Part shown: one piece after another, positions 48,201 to 54,109 of the stretch
Numbering within the stretch: the first letter of the stretch is position 1
Layout of the letters: every line of letters starts with the position of its first letter
Source of the DNA: Candidatus Multiplicimicrobium inquinatum
GTDB lineage: Bacteria > Omnitrophota > Omnitrophia > Omnitrophales > Aquincolibacteriaceae
NCBI GenBank assembly: GCA_002344825.1
Contig: DDUN01000038.1
Location: forward strand, 21,061 to 85,060
Direction: 5' to 3'
DNA length: 64,000 bases
Translations under genes and position numbers: made by a program
The notes under the pieces: model-generated
What the model saw: the letters and a program-made list of their open reading frames with translations, nothing else
What the model was told of the DNA's origin: nothing
Database searches by the model: none

Positions 48201-51200
48201 TTTTAAGAACTCACTTGGCGTCCAAACCGTCTGGATTTGGCAGATTGAATACTTTGTGGCTAAAGCGGCGGATATTTTAAAACAAAACCCTTATTTTCGA
48301 AGTAGATGGAATGAACAAACAGGAAAAGATTTTACCGCCGCGGTGATGCGCGCGCATACGGTTACAGAACCGGAAAAAGCCGAGCTACAACAGATATCCG
48401 CTAAAGACGCGGCTTTAAAATGGCTTGTTGCCACCGGCGGCGCAGAAACACTTAAACCGGCTGGGCCCGTTTCTACGATTCAAATTTCTTTGGAAGGCTT
48501 TTCCGAAAACGGTCAAACCTTGTATGAAAAGTATGAGTATGAAAAAACAAACGGCCTGAGTGCTGAGATGCTTGTTGAGCAGCTTGGTTTTTCGGATCAG
48601 CCCGGAGCAAAAAGAAGGCTGACGGATATTAAACAGGTTTTAATTGATGGCATTGATCAAGGCCGGTCTTGGCATAAAATCGGTTTGTCTTCCCGGACGA
48701 GCGCCTTAGTTATTAGGCATAAAAACTATCAAAGGCCGCAAGCCTCTCTTGCCGAAAGCAAAACAAGCTTGAATGTCGAAAAAACCTCTGTTCCGAGAAG
48801 GGAATTAAAAACAAAACCATCTCCGTCTCGTGCTACGGGTCGCCGCGATGCCCGATATTGGACCATTGCCATGCTTTCTGCCGCTCAGCGTCTTGAGGCC
48901 GATAAATTCTTTGACGTGGCTGAGAAAGCGATTCAAGCAATGAGGCAAGAAGGCGTTCGCAAAGATTATCTAACAAGTTTTACGCGTGTTTTTGATAAGC
49001 ACGCTCGGCAAATGGATCTGCTTAGTCAGGAACCCGAAGATCGAGAAGCTTATCAGCGGTATCAGTTGATTTTAAAGTTAATAGGAGAGCTTCAAGCTTC
49101 TGCGCGCTCCGAAACCCGTTCGGTTCCCGCGGAACAATATTTTATTGTTGGGGATATTACCCGCGCGGATTTGATATGGTCGGAATCCGCGATGGGCTTA
49201 CCTGAAAGCGATGATCCTGAAAAATCAAAGCGCCTTTTAGCCATTCGTGATGCATGGAATTATTTGCGGCCGATTCAGCGTGAAATCATTCGGCAAAGAC
49301 ATGGAATGAGCCAACACAAATCGACGGATTGGAAAAGTATCGCAAATCGGATAAATCGACACAAGGTTGGCATTATTCAGCTTCACACACGCACACTTGA
49401 ACAACTTCAAAGCTTAGAAAATGGCGCAATGGCATTGTTTCAAGACACAGGTATTCCGTCCAAACATCTTCAAGAAGCTTTTAATTTGTTTTCAGGCAAG
49501 CCGCTTCATCAGTTAATTTTAAAATTAGAATACGGCTTGGATGGTATTCCGCGAGAAGAAGATGACACAGCCATCGCCAAGATTTTAAAAGAAAAAGTAA
49601 GCGCTGAACTCGATCGTGGGCAAGTCGCTGACCTCAGAAAACATCTGCTGAAGCAACTGAAAGTCTTGGCGGTAGAAAAGGGATGGACCGATCTTGAAAT
49701 CATGCAAAAAAGAAAACGAAAGAAAGCTGCGCCAAAGTGGACAGAAGCTGAGCTTGAAAAATTTATGCGCGAAAGATCCGATGAAGGACTTGCGGCCAGA
49801 GGCGGAGTTATTGATGGTGGTTTTGAGTATGTATATAACTTAATGAGAGCTAGGCATGGAACATGGGAAGCCGCCCTTCGATTTTACGGAAGAAATCCCG
49901 AAGCAATCCGTTTGCGCTCCGCCTTGCCAAACCGGCTGGATGAAGCTGCCGCCTTACAAGCAGCGGCAATCTCTTCGGTGAAAGCACAGCCAGCGACAGC
50001 TCTGGAAACGCCTGTCGTTGCGCCCGCCATAGAAACAATAATTTTAATGGAAGAAGAATATTTTTATATTCAAGATCTTATTTCTCGCGGAATAACTTTG
50101 GCAGAAATGGTGCGCAGATCCGACGGGCATCATCTTCGCCCGATTTTTGCAGCGATTATGGGAATCATCAAAGTCACTGCGCCGATTTTTGAAAAATATT
50201 CAAATTTTGAAAATCGAGAAACCGCGCTCAAAGTTTTCAATGACCTCAAAGAAATTGAACTTCGAATTCAAAAATTGCCGTCGATTCCGGAACCGGATTT
50301 GCCGAGGCATCGCCCAGTCTCTGCCGTGCCCGCTACGGCGCCTCAACCCGTTGTTTCGCCGGTACCGCTTTCGTCCCATGACAAATTAGCGCAAGATTTT
50401 CAGAATGGTTTGCGTACTATCCTGAATGCCTTGGAGAGCTTTCAAAGCCGCTCAATTCATAATCAGGAAGGATTTGACCGCTTTAAAGGAGAGCTTGCCG
50501 GTTTCCGCGACCGTTTCGACAAAATTAAAAAAGCACTTGAAGAAGAACCGGGTTTAGCAAGCCGCTACGCGCAGATTCAAACGCAGTTGCGGCTTTTTGA
50601 AAATGCTTTGCGCGAACCCGAAGCCAAATTAAAAACAGCCAAGACTCGTTTTGAGGGCGGTGCAGTTGCTCGCAAATCGGCGCTATCTGTGCCGCCATTG
50701 AATCGGCCTCGGCCTTCAGTTTCGAATGTTGCGGCCGCTGAGAGAAAGCATGGGCACGGACACTATGCGCGGGCAAAGCGTTTAGAAAAAAACGAAAAGC
50801 CGGCACAGACAAATGATTGGCGCACAGCATTAATTAAAACCGGAAAAACGAAAGAGGCGCTGGAAGAAGATTTACTTAATTTGGAAGAGCTCTTGTCTCA
50901 AGAGCCTCAGGATATTTCCGCGACGGAGAAGCCCCGCATTGTCCGACTGGCAGAAACCCAACAAGCATGGCTTCGTATTTTAGCGGCGCTTTTTCTGCCT
51001 TCAGAAAAGCCGCGCGCGGAGCTAAGCAAGGCTGCCAAAGAATTTGAGCTGCTTTTTAATCAGGATGCGCAGATTACGCGCGACAAACACCGCATGTTAA
51101 TGGCGGACCCGCGTTATCAGGCTTATGATGCCGCAGTGTCGCGTCTCAACGATGCTTCAAAAACAAGACTTGTTCCCGCAGGCAAATCGGTAAACGGCGC

Positions 51201-52665
51201 GGATCTTTTTACGTTAAGCATGGCAGAGATCATTGCCACCTCATTTTGGGATAAGCATGATCGTGATATTGCGCGCTCCGAAATGCGGGACCCTCAAAAA
51301 GCGGCCGAAGATATTTTTAATAATTTCTTTCTGGATCCTGTTTCACGGAAAAAACTTGTAACCACGCACCTAACCATTCGTACGATCGGGGAAGATCGCG
51401 GCCTCGACCCAGAAGATGTCGGGTTGTGGCTTTTGGAGTGGGATTTTGCGCGAGCCCTTGTTTTACAGCAGCTTGTCAGCAACCTGAATGGAATTCAAAA
51501 AACATCTCCCGAAAGACTTGAAAGCGCGCTTGATTTGGATTTGGCTTATTCGCAAGTCATGGAGCTTGCGGGAGGGCCTCAATATCGGCAAATTTTGAAT
51601 TTTTTCCACGACAGCGAAGAGCTTCCGATCGACTTTGGAAGGAAAGTCGATGAGGCTATTTCCGGAGTTAAAGCGGACGTCGCAGAAGTGCATGCTTCGC
51701 AGGGTTCTCAGGAGTTAATTTGGCGGCTTCGGAATGATGCGAATGACTACAAGCGGTACCTGGATTACATTACGGGCATTGTGGAGAAGGAGAATTTTTG
51801 GAAATTTGACCTTGAGCTTGAGAGGTTAGAGTGGCAGCAAAGCGTGTTTTTTCGGTCAGAGGCACGGTATCAGCAGATTTTGAACTCAGCGCTCAAACGA
51901 GTAAGTCCGGATCAAGCGGCTGAATCGTTGATGGAAATCGAATTCGAATTGTCGGTCCAGGAAGAAGAAAAATTGGACTCGGAATTAAAAGAGCTCGCGA
52001 TTTATTTTGCTGAACAAGGTGATTTAGAAAAAGCCGCCGTGATGTTTTGGCTGATTAAAGATGACAGCGTTGCGGCAAGTCTTACGCAAGAAACAAAAGG
52101 CCTTGAAAATCTTGGAAGACAGCGGGAGGCGCTTATCTCGTCCAATGCCCAGCACTTAATGCTTAGCGCAAATCGAACGGCAAGCGTTGAGCGGTCAGCG
52201 TTGAACGGTCCGAAGGCACGAATTTTAATCAGCCGCGAAGAGCTTGTCAAAATGTCAGAAGAAAACTTTTTGGCTTTTTACAAATTTTTCTATCAAAACC
52301 AAGAGTTGGAGCTGTCCGTCTACAGCTCCGGCTCAAAAAATCCAGAAGAGGAAACGCGTGTCGGCTTGCTTGAGGCCGTCCCCTCGGCAAAAACCGGCCG
52401 CGTTTCTTTCTTCCTGGACCTGTCTTCCGCGGCGCAAGGCGGGGAAGCGATTGAGTTTTCTTCTGTGCCGGGGACAAAAACAGTGCGTGGTAAAAAGATC
52501 GCCGCAGCGGATATTCGCACAGTCGAAGGCATGGCATCCGGATTTTTAGCCGCCATGGGTATGGAATATACCGAAGAGAAAGGCTTTGTCCGCGTGACGA
52601 ACGGGGTCGAAATCAGCCGCTTTTTTGAATTCTTGTCTTGGCAAGTCTTTGCGGCCTCGGCGTAA
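36202..52665 (+). CDS. Giant multidomain protein, 5487 aa (16.46-kb single ORF). It has a signal peptide, a Tiki/TraB-like N-domain, two DOT1-like methyltransferase folds, a PPP-type phosphatase, a Fic-like motif, TPRs, an internal TM bundle and a class I methyltransferase. It is punctuated by R-S-E-x-R motifs.
   Basis: One uninterrupted reading frame with an AAGGA RBS. The signal peptide is MMGRHQQFLKFVATAVIMCLLAQDAAVA. Motifs are read directly from the translation; see the findings for each. There are no stops in 16.4 kb, and codon usage is like the neighbouring genes. Confidence 0.75.
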   Translation: MMGRHQQFLKFVATAVIMCLLAQDAAVALPSQTTDYRPQTTDSAETPGVEGSHLRELGWLSTKNLGTIDEEFQGTNGKSITFILDAHDSLDAQKNIVRIIQRATASGRVRTVFEEGYEDELNTDEWFGDIQDDQIRRKVAYYYLDQLKIGAAEFAHINRQSRLGQRTKDKKQSTDWQLVGADDKQAYLENVRAFGDSEKVRAKILRDTQAIQRELKAVGAKQLTPEAQKWIADYQRFHEHALPLLDYLNRWLKFIPQEACPLLRRILSAAQDLELARSIQRIRAAEVLIEIKQFESSLEAHFFEERQTAEIWQAQKTMGSVEKLTNLKISSHELDELKQNLKMWDTESLAPLLARAKKNPVVLSKRWETLIQDALKFYELAHKRDMAVERALLSWNNSSAPLRASEQEPKDKEAVLVFGGFHREGITEILRRNGFSYTVVIPKITDFSKRHQLLYREAMSVGPRGSGHGARQMVQAARPLSGFYDHGFRYEIPLVAALAKENPKLDQRSFALLVERTLLEKSSTTVARGVNGENLSRPSASPNTRRLLFSARSESRKKAEKVLDYEEIDFGTKNRFLKKALSTYLTPKVFETGGFIYKWFGIQYFIFLLNQFDRQKILPRLPVSLSTPLTDSKPEEEISVSGRIKMGSALEIMHLAAFFIILALASMEHLSADNFGATLLHLGNVIANVYPIFVQRYVRARLWPRYIQIKENETNRSEARAGTAKKETVIRSPEVLRLALGKFNILNSGALHELFSSQQTSLQKLTKAERDLLRRIALIRDSTKKVMRKEKGENEFHGPFAPANVSQVMTVLKHLGAKQGEKIMDLGHGEGSVLFGAAALFGLQGLGGELNSYLYRKSAAIQAELVDAGILDAGAVELRKENFNQLDLRTADYVFFFSFGGKVDQEKLLRELKPGAKFILLGLKNTNWEQEELTGYSDFSKLLENGQFELVRFPELRTWVFTKRSARSEMREATRAQILEILRNFEQFRENIKVSEPVVWDLEGVELNRARPLLVLPDIHGDLEGMLAMLYFSGVIDREGLPTGSADVIQLGDVINGREQWFEADDYLRFLQQEFEERGLSLIRLAGNHDVKVLKAFDRKKYFLEWVYGPSERQLSGLREFFQQYLWKNPGKQGRQLLRKKFTSVGLPLHIYFILEKARDFYQAVKNDIQTGKIKAAARFGNLFVTHAGLSPAAMEEESLGADFDEKADVLNRAFQAWLLKESKPKQDERTADDETVDERIKIILKKALGMKTAEGFKKSSVWQLTGHRPKRHKRVSSDERMISADFDLARRFEVSEDDPVYPRILFLKENQLIEQEIKLPRFESPPSPADDGETLKEEFVARFSTEELKEFEIKPVSRIRLINLIQAAISQSGVLESASIQNDSVFVRVIETAAHGESSITLPAQNYHIGGYHSTLAEAYLQQNYLAGDEFLNTVHAIEVWRRSEARYLEAEKIYFDSPEFLSATHYFNEAVIVRDEAGTIQPMDWNKLITIYERLRGDDVNAEYTDEDRQLRLSHENEPWAREWLQNINRQDLTGDEALNLGVKIYRDSSEGDGRNQMFVKKAGFDRVRPPKKAGAYFERHPADGHHGLAWFLMNFFLMRNGYAPFYFKNEKEYLKIPIDYYNRDEGAARLRQLLRERVFSENKGNRSEARTSDEIGLQQIKNTEIALTPRAFHGRNWLRYPWMTTRKKVWEVFGLPDPRDAKPAQQKTSRDITFIKRKSDRHPVWVILEKDKVRFEEKFARELLMLRGKARSESRNDPKKQAAEFSKKANAIIKARGNLEEAARLAEEAIELDYTNAFAHVALIQARRGLGQYKDALEAFISAERDIPDNQYVRAMFPGILNSFAAQSAEQNRLDDAIDTFRKIFPDTPEELQESVKLTAMRAREALAYQAIERGDFGKALQIAEQINQILPSNQTTDLILATAFIHQGQPGRAEAQLDFSRRKFLARNPRSYLIKALSAAHKLRPNEAKAILNEAQDVFSAEKSIVGVIQKHSKLIEAGADVGELLNQVNRDPVLAAREERIIAGVSRSESRRRSQDEGEKILKLHTLYMDVMRRKANAWKDGAEKVESAGFLVTDVGYYPIDTDNEFEHLLAIFPKIRDKTNFNQPLRFLDLGSGAGKLLIQVLMLDAHLNGVGIEYDQALYEVSLDLAEEAAKQKLISRERAHFLKGDFSVPEFEKEISSADVLFHYQASSFDPALLEQALIRSMRPGAKLLVYGSSRDYFPKLSARAGFERAFDETARVTTYKRNFMPREPISYQDTAVVFVHTAGMGDHSLPLALDNRRVIKDAVKAMQNLGGKELEFYIDGHPSYLPPRPDRIRSRQENTAALTSPFSYDFDPVRNLRRFVMAGGECEACFQAALTSLLEESSGQAAPKEIHLAADAVYQVVPVPDEDDLRGVLHESKAVSSEQVFDMAAKTLARNRFTSIGKISRAENFLTQGTFSESSQVVVWDNYREMIDWIRADQKRSEARANFKAVWKSATTADGQMRMALGLLRRVEQSRKTRGLDLPDKLTEILKNADEIGVGPHAQLNNTIALLRILGIHVAFKLIPGLGTVGAAGLGMMALSGPWFFAGLSLFMLQGFLRAATTAWFLTGTQLPAKTGLAFLSAIPALGILAVPVYMLALKDQRGLGFAILDYFWNSAWDKLLFPSLMALGAGLFWVLRWGVNLGVFALITAASVIFFTGSKYMEWRDQGRTVLQKTVEAVSVIGALAGFGATIFYFGFFSLATLFVFTAMAVLFKGLQIFFDFRERLFRKSLREPGSPAAAEKKEGDFKNRSEERSALEIFDEAADNLLAYPKALLHSRGLEPYLDAFDREHYAWDETHQHWASKDFHPTITGAKRLILGSWEDIRRASPGEHARMKNFVAIRLNTTEGARSFYAFDDHGWSLQAYAEAHWRGEIPALGNTQIFIDKHGDDRKVRDGQYYAERFTAILRQDAGTNNNIEFDMGGFNNTLWSSGFIPKENHHRYHARMSWLKEMMIGFPNNRAVLLNVDTDVTEFIVGDWGNEMPLGLGEEDFESLAVDLTNLRDQYGLTPLTAHFTTTHFENENLADFSLHSNRIQYGDTELARFLARIAPFIYFVKDQPVELRDQAIAQAAQEHAAQWKQDFGAKFNRSEMRAEIIFPDAQKVKDVFEKAEGSAVLSEEDLETAVQQAVAESRAWLADRVKQETPESERRAIALQAAEEKIDERTLYLEPEHCGQQCGFSSGDVRDRLYSLLGAKVKIRRIQAKDGFGVAQSQKHLLTLISLPDKSKIFLIDLTFAQFMDRKNSPSPYIGMQLKSNAPDQLNTLLRRGYVDLTENKDFLTQYAQSFLSEAEDDDAHYPLEHFPAEYIADHTDLISQPMSDFINIPATAEENFKKSLEERGTKFLILAKERRERIWRGFLSFYRNSAGQQSNLKTEDGRFFEFSARSEMRNDEVGNPFFVMVHGESRYWQKLESEGYFSEEDRSLIFDAVDGLIRPDASILDLMSGRKISFSKKQRNITALGLTEAILRQNKIDGKIDNFDVQDLNRNSQLPYADKAFDSVVISFGIMYLTQPAEVLKEVRRILKPGGNLIVIYAEDSWASSSAVALWNQPGLFRYRGSRIYGPPFLSDDHQEFSQFYGQSDVLNFYLRGAGFEITERKRVFGKKDTRVVGSEMFAEMETQNIYQIVSSGSSARSEARLDELLDKNRRNADEWKETIRLIKATLPLAEEVTPRMIVEAPAAKGKLRYQTLVMAVHQTGGDYASFGLDAEEKNSISEKETKIKAAARALLAEKKSPSPEAVLSYLQKPAHFFKGLDEGALKKLGLVFPEKKKTADEKYMPILEALVQAGEKFETVREIAIAAAGVPESYVKELGAPKLTAMGLLTGGTNPYEKLSQRFRVARQAKINAAQARKTPVRTIAELSESTGIPATTLAKYTAQQLEELGYIPRPVKLERAVKALLVENPGQIISYEVLAQKITEMGLEDLKPEQLREWNAYQKPPFTAQPGWRKRFEPIMKAVEVLGTNDSELDLFFKNSLGVQTVWIWQIEYFVAKAADILKQNPYFRSRWNEQTGKDFTAAVMRAHTVTEPEKAELQQISAKDAALKWLVATGGAETLKPAGPVSTIQISLEGFSENGQTLYEKYEYEKTNGLSAEMLVEQLGFSDQPGAKRRLTDIKQVLIDGIDQGRSWHKIGLSSRTSALVIRHKNYQRPQASLAESKTSLNVEKTSVPRRELKTKPSPSRATGRRDARYWTIAMLSAAQRLEADKFFDVAEKAIQAMRQEGVRKDYLTSFTRVFDKHARQMDLLSQEPEDREAYQRYQLILKLIGELQASARSETRSVPAEQYFIVGDITRADLIWSESAMGLPESDDPEKSKRLLAIRDAWNYLRPIQREIIRQRHGMSQHKSTDWKSIANRINRHKVGIIQLHTRTLEQLQSLENGAMALFQDTGIPSKHLQEAFNLFSGKPLHQLILKLEYGLDGIPREEDDTAIAKILKEKVSAELDRGQVADLRKHLLKQLKVLAVEKGWTDLEIMQKRKRKKAAPKWTEAELEKFMRERSDEGLAARGGVIDGGFEYVYNLMRARHGTWEAALRFYGRNPEAIRLRSALPNRLDEAAALQAAAISSVKAQPATALETPVVAPAIETIILMEEEYFYIQDLISRGITLAEMVRRSDGHHLRPIFAAIMGIIKVTAPIFEKYSNFENRETALKVFNDLKEIELRIQKLPSIPEPDLPRHRPVSAVPATAPQPVVSPVPLSSHDKLAQDFQNGLRTILNALESFQSRSIHNQEGFDRFKGELAGFRDRFDKIKKALEEEPGLASRYAQIQTQLRLFENALREPEAKLKTAKTRFEGGAVARKSALSVPPLNRPRPSVSNVAAAERKHGHGHYARAKRLEKNEKPAQTNDWRTALIKTGKTKEALEEDLLNLEELLSQEPQDISATEKPRIVRLAETQQAWLRILAALFLPSEKPRAELSKAAKEFELLFNQDAQITRDKHRMLMADPRYQAYDAAVSRLNDASKTRLVPAGKSVNGADLFTLSMAEIIATSFWDKHDRDIARSEMRDPQKAAEDIFNNFFLDPVSRKKLVTTHLTIRTIGEDRGLDPEDVGLWLLEWDFARALVLQQLVSNLNGIQKTSPERLESALDLDLAYSQVMELAGGPQYRQILNFFHDSEELPIDFGRKVDEAISGVKADVAEVHASQGSQELIWRLRNDANDYKRYLDYITGIVEKENFWKFDLELERLEWQQSVFFRSEARYQQILNSALKRVSPDQAAESLMEIEFELSVQEEEKLDSELKELAIYFAEQGDLEKAAVMFWLIKDDSVAASLTQETKGLENLGRQREALISSNAQHLMLSANRTASVERSALNGPKARILISREELVKMSEENFLAFYKFFYQNQELELSVYSSGSKNPEEETRVGLLEAVPSAKTGRVSFFLDLSSAAQGGEAIEFSSVPGTKTVRGKKIAAADIRTVEGMASGFLAAMGMEYTEEKGFVRVTNGVEISRFFEFLSWQVFAASA

Positions 52666-52672
52666 AGGCTTC

Positions 52673-52701
52673 TTGTCCGCCCGTCTTTCACCTTATATAA
52701 T
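52673..52701 (+). promoter_or_regulatory. Candidate sigma70 promoter TTGTCC-N17-TATAAT for ychF.
   Basis: Exact 17-nt spacer and a consensus -10. It lies 37 nt upstream of the ychF ATG. Confidence 0.45.
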
Positions 52702-52737
52702 GCGCGCTCTTTCAGCCAAATTTTTTTAGGGAGTTTT

Positions 52738-53835
52738 ATGGGGTTTAAGTGCGGTATCGTCGGTTTGCCCAATGTCGGCAAATCCACTATTTTTAATGCA
52801 ATCAATAAAGAGTCGCGCGCGCAGGCGGCGAATTATCCATTTTGCACCATCGAGCCCAATAAGGGCATTGTTCCTGTTCCCGACAATCGCTTGGAAACAC
52901 TTACCAAATTAATTAAACCGCAAAGCAAGGTTCCGACTACGGTTGAGTTTTATGATATCGCCGGATTGGTGAAAGGCGCGGCGGAAGGCGAAGGGCTCGG
53001 CAATAAATTCTTAACCCATATCCGCGAGGTCGAAGCCATCATGCATGTGGTGCGTTGTTTCGAAGACGCGAACATTTTGCATGTTTCCGGCAGCGTGAAC
53101 CCCGCGCGCGACGTAGAAGTGATTGACACCGAGCTTTGCTTAAAAGATCTTGAAACCATCGGCACGCGTTTTACCAAGAATGAAAAGCTCGCGCGCAGCG
53201 GTGATAAAGAAGCTTTGGCGATTCAGCCCACTTTGGACAAAATTAAAAAAGCGCTTGAGGCCGGTACGCCTTTGCGCAAAATCGGTCTTACCGAAGATGA
53301 AAAGTTTACGGTAAAGGAATGCAGCTTTCTGACTTTGAAGCCCGTGTTTTATTGCGCGAATGTCGCTGAGGGTGATTTGCCTAACGGCGGACCGCTTGTG
53401 AATGAAGTGCGCAAAATTGCGGATGCCGAAGGCGCGAAGGTCGTTGTGATCTCGGGCAAAGTTGAATCAGAAATTATCGAGCTTTCCGAAGATGAACAAA
53501 AGAGTTTCCTCGAAGCGCTTGGACTTGAAGAGCCCGGCATGCATAAATTGATTCGTTGCGGCTACGAAACTTTGAATCTCATTACTTATTTAACCGCCGG
53601 TGAAAAAGAAGTGCGCGCCTGGACAATTATGCGCGGCATGACCGCACCGCAAGCCGCGGGCGTAATTCACAGCGATTTTGAACGCGGTTTTATCCGCGCG
53701 GAAGTGATGAGTTATGAAGACCTGGTTGCTTGCGGATCTGAAAAGGCCGTTAAGGAAAAAGGCCTCCTCCGCGTCGAAGGCAAAGAATACGTCGTCAAGG
53801 ATGGCGATGTTATGTTGTTTCGATTCTCAGTGTAG
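52738..53835 (+). CDS. ychF: Redox-regulated ATPase YchF (Obg-family GTPase/ATPase).
   Basis: G1 is GIVGLPNVGKSTIFNA. G3 is DIAGLVKGA. The YchF-specific coiled-coil and TGS domains are present (…VVKDGDVMLFRF). 365 aa. Confidence 0.95.
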   Translation: MGFKCGIVGLPNVGKSTIFNAINKESRAQAANYPFCTIEPNKGIVPVPDNRLETLTKLIKPQSKVPTTVEFYDIAGLVKGAAEGEGLGNKFLTHIREVEAIMHVVRCFEDANILHVSGSVNPARDVEVIDTELCLKDLETIGTRFTKNEKLARSGDKEALAIQPTLDKIKKALEAGTPLRKIGLTEDEKFTVKECSFLTLKPVFYCANVAEGDLPNGGPLVNEVRKIADAEGAKVVVISGKVESEIIELSEDEQKSFLEALGLEEPGMHKLIRCGYETLNLITYLTAGEKEVRAWTIMRGMTAPQAAGVIHSDFERGFIRAEVMSYEDLVACGSEKAVKEKGLLRVEGKEYVVKDGDVMLFRFSV

Positions 53836-54109
53836 AGCAAAGGCAAAGAGTTAAAGCTTGGCATGTAAGTCCTGAGACCTTCGATATTGCTCAGGGTAAA
53901 CCAGTCGAAGAGCGATGTTGTTTCCTTCTGCTTTTTAGTTTTCCTACCCACCGCGGGAGCAAGTTAGCGCGTATTTTAAATATAACTATTAAGATCAATT
54001 CTAATCAAATTTGACTAATAGTATAGTTGCCTCACCAACTTATTTGTTTTTTTTTACCACTTAATGTAATCTTTGCAAACTAATTTAGATTTTAAAAAGG
54101 AGAGAATGA

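Noticed and set aside
36395-52549. Many 60-160-aa ORFs on both strands inside the giant gene.
   Set aside because: All lie within the single continuous 16.4-kb frame. None has an independent RBS or recognisable motifs. The long frame with multiple catalytic signatures is preferred.
53860-53890. CCTGAG…CTCAGG inverted repeat after ychF, as a terminator.
   Set aside because: It has a 15-nt loop and no T-run. It was not called.
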